Shown: piece by piece, positions 42,120 to 54,730 of the stretch
Numbering within the stretch: the stretch's first letter is position 1
Layout: each line of letters starts with the position of its first letter
Source: Eledone cirrhosa
Taxonomy: Eukaryota
Direction: 5' to 3'
DNA length: 64,000 nt
Assembly (NCBI GenBank): GCA_964016885.1
Contig: OZ024741.1
Coordinates: forward strand, 306,776,001-306,840,000
Program-made: the position numbers and the translations under genes
Notes under the pieces: generated by a model
What the model was told of the DNA's origin: nothing
Database searches by the model: none
What the model saw: only the letters and a program-made list of their open reading frames with translations

Positions 42120-45100
42120 TCAGTTGTCAGCAAACAGACCCCTTTCATTTAATATTTTTATATTTTCTTTTTTTGTAACTCGTGATAATGCAACATACAT
42201 CTGACCATATGAGAAGAATTGTGTTGGTAGATATACACCTATCTTTTCAAATGTCTGCCCTTGTGCCTTGTTACATATAAGGGCAAAGGCTGGTTTAACA
42301 GGAAATTGCTGGTGAGTAAAGGTGAAAAGGAAATCAAGCTCTTGAGATACATATGGTATCCTTGGGATTAGAAACCTTGTTCCAGCATTGGGACCCAATG
42401 CCACTTCAGCTTCAATTACATGATTATGTAAACTGATGATGATGTAGCGTGAACCATTGCAATGCCCGTTTAGAGGATCCAGATTTCTCAGAAGCATGAT
42501 GCAACTGCCTTTCTTCAGTTTAAGTATGTGTGTTGGGAAGCCTGATGGGGTAAGTTTGTTGATGGACTCAATTGGATATTGCAGTTCATTATCTTCTGTA
42601 TCAGAGCTTCTGTAGATTATTTCATGACCAGGGAACTTGTTGACCATAAACTCATTCACCAATCATGCTGCATCATTTGTTGGAGTGATAATGGCTTTAT
42701 TTGCAAGCCATAGTGAGTTTGTGTAGATTCCTGGAAGATTTGTACACACAAAATCACACAGTCCAGACACATTACCACATTCCAGACAAAGTTCATTTGG
42801 CAGAAGAATTGTGAATGCACCTACAGTTGGAATGTTACCATTTTCCACATCAAGAAGGTAGTTTGAAAACTGTCTTTTATCAGAATCCTCAGCATTAATT
42901 AACCGTTGATTTGTTGTCATCTCCATGGTTCCAGAGATAGGATCTCTTGATGGTTGCCTCAACTATTTGTGGTCTAGAACCATTACATACAACTGGAAGA
43001 ATTTGCTTCCAGTCACCAGATAGTAATACTGTTAGACCACCAAATGGCTTTTTGAAATCTCGAACATCTTTGAAACTCCTGCCAAGGCATTCAAAGATAT
43101 GCTTATGTCCCATATCTATCTCATCAATGATTAGCAGGTCAGCTTGCTGCATAAGTTGACCTGTGGCATCCCTCTTTGTGAAGAAGCAAGTTGATTTAGC
43201 AGTCACATTGAGAGGAATCTTGCACTTGGAATGAAGAGTTCTACCCTTGTGAAGCAAAGTCGCTGCTATTCCAGATATGGCAGTGGCAAGAGCAATTTTT
43301 TTTTTTAGATCGGAGGTAATCCAATAGGATGTTTATGACATAGGTCTTTCTTGTACCTGCACTTGCATTCAAGCAGAAAATTCTGCCTTCATTTTCACTT
43401 ACAGAGGTGATTACTTTGTGAAAAGTAACCAGTTGCTCAGGATTTAATGTTGGCAGAAGTTCATTTATGTTTGCTTGCAGTTGGTGTGTATTGAAATCAG
43501 TTTCTGCCATAAGAACCCTGTTGATTTCTGGTATGGCTACAATAGTTGGGTCTGGCCGAGGAAGTCCATAGTTGGCATGAATGTCCAAGCCATCATGTTG
43601 AAGTCTTTGTTGGATCTTCTGTAGAACAATCTGCACGGTTTGCATGGACATGACTTGCTCATGATGTTCATGCATGATATCCTCTGCAAGACAATTCTTC
43701 CATTTCTCCCAGAACTGCAGAGGGTCATTTGGCACGCTGTACAATAAAATGATGCAGAAGATCTCTCACAGCTGAGGACCAAGCGTAATGGATGAGGCGT
43801 CTTCCATAGCTTTGTCTTTTTCTCCATCTTCATCTAACAGACCAAGTTTTCTGCATGCTTCTTGGAATGTTGGAAATTAAACTCCTTCAATTGTCCTCAA
43901 ATCTTTGTATGAAGTTGACCTAGCCTTGTGATGTAGGATCATCCTGACGTAATATAATTCAGATTGATGTCTACTGAGAGATACTGTTGGAATGTGTCCA
44001 AGAGATTTACTCATAAATTGTTGATCACCATCCAGATGTCCCTTTTTTCTTCTTTGCCACTTTTTGTTTGTCCAAGTGATATATTTAGGAATATCAATAT
44101 ACAATGTTTTGTGCCAGTGGGTCTCTAATATTCAGTTGAAAATATTCCGTCAACTTAGTCATTGGCTGCCCCCTAGAAACAACACTTTCTTTCTGCCCTC
44201 ACTCATACAAGGTCATTTGTTCCCGAGGTAAATGGCAAGGCAACTTTTCAACTGGTGGTTTTAGATGATGTAATGGAAATTGATAGATTCTCCAGAATGC
44301 TTCACTGGCTGAGATGTACCGTGCATTGATATAGGTCTCAATCTCATTTTGGGCATGGACACAATTTCCTTGATCATCCTTAATAGTGAAAGTGATCTTG
44401 TCTGATCCTTTTGTGATGTACTTATATAAATACTTAACAGCCTTGACACTGTGGACAACCTCAAAACTGATGTGGCACTGATATCTCAATGAGAGGAAAG
44501 GGTTGTATGGAACAATCCAACGATTAACAACAGTAAATTCTTTACCTTTAAGTTGGATTGTATGGGTGTGACCACCATGCTGTCTATCCCTTCTTCTATA
44601 CTCCGGAAAGAAATTTTCAGCAACAAATGTGGTTTTTCTGAATGCCTTGGGATAACCTTTGTTGTTGTCCTAGCCCTTCCATACATGGGCACATCATATT
44701 AGCTTGTCCCCATGGGCCATGAATGTTGCAGGATGTGATGATCTTATGCAGAATTGGATTAGTCTCTTTATCAGGAATCTCACAGTACACTACCTGATCA
44801 ATGGCATCAGCAGTTTGGGGCTTGCTATCTTCAGCCATTATCAGCAGAATATGAGCATGAGTGAGGCCTCGTTTTCTGCCACTCTATTGTAGCAGAATGA
44901 GCCACAACTTTTCCTAGGACATTTTTTTTTTCAGTATGTCATCCATTAGGCTATCATACTTGATCTTGAAGACTCTTGCACAAATATCAGGAAGGTCTCA
45001 AGGTTCTTCACCAGGGTGCAAACTATTTTTTATTTCATCCCAGTTAGGGTTAGTTGTTACCGTGATGAAATAAGATGGCTTTCCCATGTGTCGAACCATA

Positions 45101-46155
45101 GTCATCGAATTCTGAAAGCACTCACTGTAGAAGCAAAGGAACCATAGATTGAAGGAGGAAGAACAATTCTCCGGCCTGCATTTACTGAATCTCCTTCAGC
45201 CACAGCATCTTACAAACCCTCACACTTTTCAGCTCGTATCATGGTTTGATTGTTGCGGGCCCATTTGAGGCAACAATGTTCAATTTTTGCCTGGGCATCA
45301 ACAGCATATTGCTGCATCAGCCGCCTGTTCTTCATGATAATGTTACAGTCACCTTGCATAACCTGAAACCGATAACAATAGAAATCAATGGGTGTGAGTG
45401 TGTCGTTATTGTCAATCCTTTTCAAACCAACCTGAAACCCATCATTCCCCCAAGGAAACAGTAGCACATAATGCAGAAGATCATAAGAACGGTGCAACTG
45501 ATGAATCCTCTAAAGACCACCATCTCTTTTATGAATGATGACAACTAAAAGACCTAATGCTGAATAACAGCAATCTCAGATGCTATGGGAAGATTATATG
45601 TGCGATAATGAAAATCAGTGGGTTTTACTTTGTCAGCATGTAGGACAATATTCACATTTTCAGAAACTGGCATTTCAATTACTGCCTTGAAGCTTCTTAT
45701 ATAGGTGTTGCAGTAGTGCAAGTCTTCTTGCAGGTCCTGCAGGACAGCAGCATCTAAATTAGCATGATGCAGCGATTCTGAAGCTCATGATCTGTATCAT
45801 AGAAGTAAAGCTACGCAAACTTGGGTGATGCATCACTTGGAAGTAGTGATCCAATACTATGACAAATCTTATCTTGGATCTTAAATGTGGGACTAAATCC
45901 TGGTGCTTTAATCTCTTTGCAACCAACTGAAGCTAAGGCAAGCACATTGTTATATGCCCGTATCTTATGGAGAAAAGAATTTCCTGCTTGAGTGATATCG
46001 AAATATTTCAGTATATTTGGTGGAGGAGGAGGAAGTTGAGGGATTTTCACTTTTCCCTGGAAGCAACACAGAGATTTGGGTTCATGTGGCCAGCGATAAG
46101 CTTTGCAGTGCAGACAAACAGAGGCAAAGAGACTCCCTGCATTATGTTGTGGCAT
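42120..46155 (-). pseudogene. Helitron Rep/PIF1-helicase gene, multiple frameshifts and stops
   Basis: Zn finger (CLHC..CCFQGKV); Rep motifs FITVTTNPNW, RGLTHAHILL and KYLYKYITKG; helicase motifs AGTRKT, IIDE, GDWKQILP, NKAQGQT and YVALSR. Confidence 0.93.
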
Positions 46156-46523
46156 TATGGAAAGAACAGTTTGCTCTTGGAAAAGTTCATCTATAGGATT
46201 TTTTGCCAGACCTTCACTTGACCTGTTCCTTCCTCTCTGAACATTTGGTGTATTTGTTGCAAGTTATTGTTGGTGTGTTAACTGAATTACATTTGTAGAA
46301 ATTTGTTGGGATGTTGTAGAGCGATTATTGTTTGATTGATTTGCCCTCATCTCTCTTTGTCATTGTGTGTCTGCTGCCATGTGTTAGGATTTAGATGAGA
46401 AATGTTTTCTGCGTCTCATGCTCACTTTCTGTCATGTATGTATAAATATATATTATATCTACGGTGAAATCTTAGAAATAAATATATGTTAATACAAAAA
46501 ATAAATATATATATATATATATA

Positions 46524-47330
46524 TCTATATATATAAAACTGAGGATGTATGTTTGTGTGTGTGCGTGTGAGTTTCAATCCCTAAAACTAGAGAACCACCC
46601 AACCGACTGTTTTCAAACTTTACACATGTAATACTTATGTTTCAGGGAGTGTTCTGAGCAAAAATAATTTAAAATTTTCAATGCTCTAGGGACCGCATTA
46701 GGCGATTTAGCGATCTCTCTCTATAATTCTTAGTCTTCCTCTTTTTAGATAGATACATACATACAACCTCGCACCCTTATAATATCTGTCTGCATTACGT
46801 CACTTCCCTGAGGATGTCTGTCTGTGTGTGTGTGTGTGTGTGTGAGTTTGAATCCCTAAAACTCGAGAAGTACCCAACCGAACTTTTTCAAACTTTACAT
46901 GTGTATTACTTATATTTCAGGGAGTGTTATGCAATAAAAATATTCAACCTTTTGATCTCCTAGGACCCGCATTAGGTGAAAAACTACGTTTTTTTAGGTT
47001 TTTAGGGGTTTTTTGAGGCGTTACGTCAGACCGATTTCCTTGAAATTGTAACTATGTATTAGTCAGTCTCTTCTTCATATCGTGAGCAAAGAAAATCCAA
47101 CTTTTTATGGCCTACGGGCCCCGCATTAGATGAAAAACTTCATTTTTTTCAGCTTTTTAGGGCTTTTTTTAGGCTTTTTTGAGTCTTGCCGATTTTCCCG
47201 AAATTTTAAGGCATATTATGCACATAAAAACAATTCATTTTCTTAATCCCTAGGGCCCACATTAGGTGAAAACCTGCATTTTTCCTGCTTCATCGAGGAA
47301 AGTCTTAAAGATTATTCAGAGAGAGAGAGT
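46524..47330 (+). mobile_element. Non-autonomous Helitron 5' portion (internally duplicated), nested in the large Helitron
   Basis: Near identical to 27756-28050; 3' end not resolved. Confidence 0.7.
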
Positions 47331-47739
47331 AGTATGAGGTAGTCATAACAACAGTGGTAGCAACAAAACGTGTATGAAAACAAAAAATATATATATATAA
47401 GCAGAAGGGATATTCAATTTGTTGGTAATTCAATAAATATAAATGTTTATAACTGATTCAGAGCACTCGACAAGTTTTCTGGAGTATAATATTCAATGAT
47501 ATTAAATAAACGGAAACTATATTTATGAAACCATATTTATTCTATTATATATATTTCAAGGGTACCAAAATTTTGGTACGCTATCATCAGATAAAATACA
47601 AAATGTCTTATAAATATTTGACATAACCAAGGATAATATACCTTAACGGTTCAAGTCACACATACAATCTCTCTTTCTCGCTTTACCAATTTGATAAAAT
47701 CAAAGATCAACAACATACACACAAGCACACATAGACATC

Positions 47740-50700
47740 AGCGTCATCATCATCGTTTGGACGGGAATTTTACCAGTTGAGGCAAGATTGGTTGTTTTGC
47801 TCGTATACGACTGTCTAGTGGTTTTTCTACGGCTGGATACCCTTCCTAACAGCAACCACGTTTACAGTGTGGACTGGGAGGTTTTTACCGTGTTACCTAC
47901 ACGGCCACATTAGAGCGTGGACTGTGTTGTTTTGTCGTGACACCTACACGACCTCATTTATTTAGGACTGGATGTTGTGGTACCAGCATAACTTTACATC
48001 GAAAGGGGTGGTGTGGATGGGGTGGGGGTAGTGGGACGTAGGTGTACTTTGGTTAAGAGGTGCCTACTGACTGTAGGTTTCGCCTTGCATTTAGGCAAGG
48101 CGGGTCTTCTGTATTACTACGTAGCGCCAAAGATCTCGGTCCAGTGACATTGTCTTGGAGAGGTGTAAGTGTGTGAGGTCGGAATTTATCAAGTCGTCCC
48201 AGGTTTTTCTGGGTCTGCCTACTCCATGGCTACCGTCTATTTTGATCGCCCTGCACTTTTTTATACAGCTGTCGTCTTTCATGCGCATCACGTGACCATA
48301 TCAACGTAGTCTTCTCTCGAGTAAACAGCATCTAATCCCTCTTATTCCTAATTTGTCACTTAGTTCATTTATGCTTTGCCGTTCACATATATTACTATTA
48401 CACATCCAACGGAGCATGCAAGCTTCATTCCTCTCCAGTCTGCGTAGATCCTCTGCACACAATGCCCAAGTCTCACTGCAATGTAACATTGCTGTTCGTA
48501 TGCAGGCATCATACAGCCTGCCTTTCATTTTTAGAGAGAAACCTTTAGCGGCCAATAGTGGTATAAGCTCTCTGAACTTTTTCCATCCCGTTCTGACTCT
48601 AGCTACTGTACTATCAGAGCACCCTCCACCACTGCTGATTTTGTCACCCAGGTAACGGAAGGTGTCTACTATTTCTATAGAACCATCTGTGCAATGGAAT
48701 GAGGTAGTATTCTGTGGGCACTTGCTGCTCCTTATTGCACCTGAGCACCGGCCACATCTTTTATGCACCCATACTTTGCATTTGGGACATAAAATGGAGT
48801 TTCTGCCTACTCCTTTCCTACACACTGAGCATGACCATTTCCCGGATGGGACCGGTGCCCTATTTTCCTTCCTACATACTAGAACTTTAGTCTTAGACAG
48901 GTTAATTTTAAGGCCTTTTGATTCTAGGCTGTGCTTCCATGTTTGGAATTTCTTCTCTAGTTCAGCCATTGATTCAGCTATGAGCGTTAGATCATCTGCA
49001 TATAGGAGTTCCCATGGGCAGCCGGTCTTAAACTCCTCTGTTATAGCCTGAAGCGCAATAATAAATAGGAAAGTGCTTAGGACAGAGCCCTGATGAACAC
49101 CAATTTTTACGTTAAACTGTTCACTATATTCGTTGTTAATTCTAACCTTGCTGACTGTTTCTTTATACATGGCTTGTATAGCTCTCACAAGTCATTCATC
49201 AACACCTAGTTTTCTGAGAGCCCACCAGATAATGGGGCATGGGACTCTGTCAAAGGCTTTCTCCAAGTCAACAAAAGCTAAGTATAGGGGTTTACTTTTA
49301 GCTAGGTACTTCTCCTGTAGTTGTCGTACAATGAAAAGAGCGTCTGTGGTACTTTTACCTGACACAAACCCGAACTGCATTTCTTCTAGATCAATTCGCT
49401 CTCTGATTAGTTGCGCTATTACTTTTTCTGTGACCTTCATGACATGGTCAATTAATTTAATGCCTCTATAGTTTCCCCCATCTAGGGCATCTCCTTTACT
49501 CTTGTAGCCGTTAATGATGATGCTGCTACGCCAGTCCTTCGGAACGGCCCCATTCTGTATGACTTGGTTTACTATCTGGGTGACCATAGTGTGTCCCACC
49601 ATTCCAGATACATTCAGCATTTCAGCAACTATTTCCGAAGGCGCAGCCGCCTTGCCCGTCTTCATATCTTTGATTGCCTTACTTATTATACTACCTTCAA
49701 CTTGCATTGCTGATCCCTCTATTGGATCGATGTGGGGGAGACTGTCTTTCTCCCATTTATTCTCTTCATTTAGTAGCCTTTCATAGTGACACTTCCAAGC
49801 TACCCTCTTATCAGTGTCAGTGATGGCAAGTACACCATCATCATTAAGGACATACTTCTTCCCGACAATATCACGGTATTCCTTGACACATTGCCTAGCA
49901 ATCCTGAACACCTCACATTTCTGATCCTCGCGTTGTAGAATATGCTGGAACTTTCTTTCCTCCTCTTCCCTTCTTGCGAAGTACACTTACCTCCTGGCTA
50001 CTTGATAGTCTTCTCTACTTCCCCCATCTTGCCATACTTTCCAAGCCTGCTTTTTGGCCTTGATTGACTCCTCCACCTTACTGTTCCACCACCAGGTTAC
50101 TCTTCTCCTGCCTATAGGTCTGCCCCAGCCACAGATTTCATCTGTCGCCTTCAGCAGGTTAGCTTTCAGGAATTCCCACTATTCCTCTATATTGTATGAC
50201 TCTAATTGCTCTTCATTACTGTTAAAAGCATCAAGTAATCATCATCATCATCATCATCATCATCCTTTAACATCCATCTTCCACGCTAGCATGAGTTAGA
50301 CGGGAGTTGTTCCACTCGAGGCAAGGTTGGTCGGGTGACCGTGTCTCGCTCCTATGCTTTTAAATTTATTACTGGCTGTGGGGTCCTTTAGCTTCCATAT
50401 TTTTCTCCTGAGGATAGTCCTCCTCTGTTGTCGAGTACGTCTCGTTCTGACTATGAGGTCGCTAACTATGAGTCTATGTTGGGAGGTGCATTCTTCAAGG
50501 GGGAGGAATTTAGTGTTTACAACAGACACTCTGTCACGTTTTCTGGTAAGGATATAATCTATCTGACTGGCGTGTTCCCCTGATATATAGGTGATCAAGT
50601 GATTATCTCGTTTTTTGAAGTTAGTGTTACAGATAGTTAGGTTATTTGTGTCACAGAATTCCAGGATTCTGGAGCCTTCCTCATTTCTAGTACCAAACCC

Positions 50701-51146
50701 ATAGCATCCATGGATTCCGTCATAGCCGTCACAATGTTGTCCAACATGACCATTTAGGTCACCAGCAATAATTATGTAGTCACTATCGGTTATTTGGGAG
50801 GTAGTGAGCATTAATGACTCATAGAATCTGTCTTTTATAACGCCAGGCAGTCCGGATTGGGGTGCATACGCAAATATTATTGTCACAGTAGTTCTATTTA
50901 GGACAAGTCTTATTTTAATTATTCTGTCGTTCACTCTATTTCCGTCTATTATCTTATCTACCCATTTTTCTGCTAGCATGATTCCTACCCCACCCAGCCC
51001 ATTGTCATATCCCACCCAGAAAAGCTTATAGCATCGTTTTTTACCCACAATGAATCTAGCAGCCCACCCCTCCACCTGGTCTCTTGGATACAGCAAACAT
51101 GAACCTACTTACGTTCAAGCATTTCTACAACCTCGTTAGAGCGTGT
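47740..51146 (-). mobile_element. Near full-length RTE LINE nested in the Helitron, with a short 3'-end fragment inserted at ~50238-50352
   Basis: Endonuclease ORF 50296-51096; RT ORFs 48091-49986. Confidence 0.93.
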
Positions 51147-51715
51147 TAAAAAAAATCCAAATCACTTCATCTTTCTCTCTCACTCTCTCTCTCTATATAT
51201 AGTGTAGATATATCAGAAGTATTGACATTTGAATCTTTTAAAAGAAGTGAATCTTGAACTATGCAATAATATTTTTAATATATATTTATGAAATTTAGTA
51301 GATAAATTATGTAATATTCATTCATTATTTATTCAAAGTAATCCAACTTATTTTACAAACAGGATAAAAAATTATTTTCTGGATGCAGTCCCACACTCCT
51401 TTCCTTATTCTAGTTAAGATAATACAGATTCTATACTTAATAATAGAATCCATGTCACAATGAATTTAGGTACCTCAACCATTTAGCATATTTAACATAT
51501 AATAAATGTATTACAGAACAATGTTAGAATCATGATGAAGGTGTGGTACTGAGGAAACGACACACTATTTCAATCTTTTTACAGTTTAGAATCTCTGAAA
51601 ATTTTCCTTTAAAAATAAACAATGTTTTCTTATTTTTAAAGTAAACGTTTATCTACTTGTTTTCTTATGTAATGATAAAGAAGTTATTAATTTTTTAAAG
51701 TAAACGTTTATCTAC

Positions 51716-51880
51716 CTGCTTTTTGACCACCACATTTCTTTTCTGAACAAGTTATAGAACCTTTTCCCTGGCAACTGCACATATTACATTTATCTAAGGC
51801 TTTGAATGTCTCTCCAATTTTGTGTTCTTTTCCTTCGTATATGCATTTTACCGTAACAGTTGAAATTTGTGTGGTTGATG
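51716..51880 (-). CDS. Module D exon (ASTTQISTVTVKCIYEGKEHKIGETFKALDKCNMCSCQGKGSITCSEKKCGGQKA)
   Basis: 165 nt, atttcag acceptor, CAG|gtagat donor, phase 1-1. Confidence 0.9.
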
Positions 51881-52306
51881 CTGAAATATCATTTAAACAC
51901 AAATCCAGAAAGACTTTTAATACCCTGTCCTTTTACCAAAAGAAAATATTTTGTTCAACTCATCACATATTTTTATATATAGAGAATATCATATGTAATT
52001 TCTCTCTTAAGTTGAGACGAAAAATAAACAGGAAAATCAGTTATTTCTATCTACTCTATGTCCCTAAAGTGAATCTAACAAAAGTCACGTAAAGATAATT
52101 TACACAGAAATACATTCATATGTAACACTGAAATGAAAACCAAGTAGTGAGAGGTGATTTCAAATAACTGAATCTCAGAGAAGAGATGAGGGATAGTTAC
52201 AGCTGATAGAAGGAGGCTGTTTTAGAAATGACACATCCAACCCATGCAAGTATGGAAAAATAAGTGTAAAATGATGTTGATGAAATATTTCAATAAATGG
52301 ACTAAC

Positions 52307-52459
52307 CTGGGCATTCGATTTTGCTACATGTTACCGTTCCTTTTGCATGGCAATTGCACTTATTACATTTATCTGTAGCTATGAACGTCTCTCCCATTTG
52401 ATGTGTCTTACCATTGTAATTGCATTCAGTAGTTAAGCTGCTCTTTCTTATCGTTTCTT
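52307..52459 (-). CDS. Module C exon (EETIRKSSLTTECNYNGKTHQMGETFIATDKCNKCNCHAKGTVTCSKIECP)
   Basis: 153 nt, atttcag acceptor, CAG|gttagt donor, phase 1-1. Not in the ORF track; translated by hand. Confidence 0.88.
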
Positions 52460-53604
52460 CTGAAATAGCATTTCAAAACAAATTCTTCCACGAAAAGAAA
52501 ATATTTTGTTCAACTTATAATACATTTTTATGTATAATGAGATAATATCATATGTAAATTTTCTTTTAATTCAAGATGAAAGATAAAACATCAAAACATC
52601 AACTGTTTATGCCTAAAATGCATCTAGCAAGAAAAGACATCATTAACAAAGTCCTTAGTTTACATTGAGATACATAAAAAGACAATGCTGGAATCAATGC
52701 TAATATATATTCACTAGATCAACAGTTAAATAAATATTTTGTAGAGCTCCAATCGTCATATATTTATTGAAGTTATTTTGAATATTACATAATTGTTATT
52801 TTGAAGTTATTTCACAAAAATAGAATCATCATCATCGTCATCATCATCATTTTACGTCCGCTTTTCCCTGCTTACAAGGGTGGGATGGGAACTGATTCTG
52901 GGAACTGATTTCTACAGCTGGATGCCATTCCTAACACCAACCTCATTTAAAGTGAGTGCTGGGTGCTTTTTTTCGTGGCGCCTACACGTCCACTTTACAG
53001 TGTGGGCTGGGTGCTTTTTTGCCGTGGCACCTCCACGACCACTTTGCAGTGGAATGATAGGGACCCCAGTCCTATCATCTCATTTCTACAGCTGAGTAAA
53101 CTGGAGAAATGTGAAATAAAGTGTCAAGGAAACAACACATCACCCAGTCTGAGAATTGAACTCACAATCTTTCGATTGCAAAGCCAATGTTCTAACCACT
53201 AATCCATGTGCCTCCAAGTTAAACTGTATTGCACTACATTTTCATTGGTGGTAAAATCATATCAGCTGAAGCACCATGATTGTGTGTTACAAGGAAGATA
53301 ACTTAATGCACCAGTGCATAACTCAAATTTTACTTGCAAAAGATTGACATCATCACTTAGACTGCACTGAATCATTGGTTTCAAGAGTTTCCAAAGATTC
53401 TAAAATGTTTATGTTACTCACAATAATATTTTTCTAACAGTGTAGTCAAAGAGGGAAGGTCAGCATCTGTAACCCTTCATATTGTAAGCACTTCTTAGTT
53501 TGCTAAAAGGAAGTAGGAAAGATGCTCTGAATGTTTGCATCACAGAGTGAAAATGTTAAAGGCCACTAATGACCATGTAGTTGGATTAAATGAGAGAAGG
53601 GTTT

Positions 53605-53965
53605 CATCATCACCGTTTTACGTCCGTTCTTCCACGCTAGCATGGGTTAGACAGGTTGTCCTGTTGTGGGCAGTGTCCAGTCGGCTGACCTTGTCTTGCT
53701 CATACAGGAACTGATTCTGGTTTGATTTCTACAGCTGGATGCCCTTACTAACACCAACCTCATTTACAATGAGTGCTGGGTGCTTTTTTTCCGTGGCTCC
53801 TACACGTTCACTTTACAGTGCGAGCTGGGTGCTTTTCTGCCGTGGCACCTCCACGACTACTTTGTAGTGGGAGGGGTGGGGGCATATTGTCTATATGCTC
53901 CAGCTTCGGCTTGTTCCCGTGGGAAGTCGGGTCTTCTGTATTACTGCGTGACACCAGAGGTCATG
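53605..53965 (-). mobile_element. RTE LINE 3' UTR fragment (same family as 117-965)
   Basis: Matches 120-480. Confidence 0.8.
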
Positions 53966-54022
53966 GTTTATTTATACTTTCTCTGAAAAGAAACATTGTT
54001 TAAGTTAATGTTTAATATTTAC

Positions 54023-54187
54023 CTCGACTTGTTGTTGAAGAGCATACTTTTTTGGCACATGTTACCACTCCTTTTTCCTGGCAATTGCACTTATTACAAT
54101 TATCTGCAGATTGGAACGACTCCCCAATTGTATATGTTTTTTCTTGGTAAATACATACTTTAGACACTGTCTTCTCTACCGCAACCT
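54023..54187 (-). CDS. Module B exon (EVAVEKTVSKVCIYQEKTYTIGESFQSADNCNKCNCQEKGVVTCAKKVCSSTTSR)
   Basis: 165 nt, tttttcag acceptor, G|gtaaat donor, phase 1-1, six Cys. Confidence 0.9.
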
Positions 54188-54608
54188 CTGAAAAATTGTT
54201 TAAACCCGAATTCAAAAACATGTTTAATACACTGTCCTTTCCCCAAAGGAAAATATTTTGTTCAACTCATCACACATTATTATGTATAATATATAATGAT
54301 GAGAGAATATCATATCTAAAGTTCTCTCTTAAGTCAAGACAAGATAAAACACCAGAAAATCCCTTATTTAAATCTTTTTAGTGTCTCTAAAGTGCATCTA
54401 AAATAAGAGCTGTTAAAATGAAAATATTCCATATGAATGGATTACTGGGAAATGCTGGTCACAAGAAAAGTCATCAATTACATTTGATGAACAACTGAAA
54501 AACCGTGACACTTTCATTTAAACATAAACTATATATTTTAGTAAATCAGTGATACGGTTAACGGATAATTCTCAGTACATTGCTTCGAAATTAACATTTA
54601 CTATTCAC

Positions 54609-54730
54609 CTTGACTTGTAAAAGAAGGGCATCTGTTCATGGTACAGGTTATATTTCCTTTTGTCTTGCAATTGCACTCATTACATTTATCTACAGCTATG
54701 AATGTCTGTCCAATTGTATATGTTTTCCCA
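54609..54730 (-). CDS. Module A, 3' half (GKTYTIGQTFIAVDKCNECNCKTKGNITCTMNRCPSFTSQ)
   Basis: Cys2-Cys6 pattern intact; donor CAAG|gtgaat, phase 1. Confidence 0.8.

Larger units (their letters stand above)
41629..51419 (-). mobile_element. Autonomous-type Helitron (decayed RepHel), 9.8 kb including nested insertions
   Basis: Starts TC (51419) and ends with a hairpin plus CTGG (41629), inserted at A^T with no target-site duplication; empty site at 38068/38069. Confidence 0.92.
40421..53303. repeat. Tandem segmental duplication, copy 2 (carries modules D and C; expanded by the Helitron)
   Basis: See copy 1. The identical 68-aa ORFs at 36724-36930 and 40639-40845 (a SFTDDTT RT-like remnant) mark the pair. 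Confidence 0.85.
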
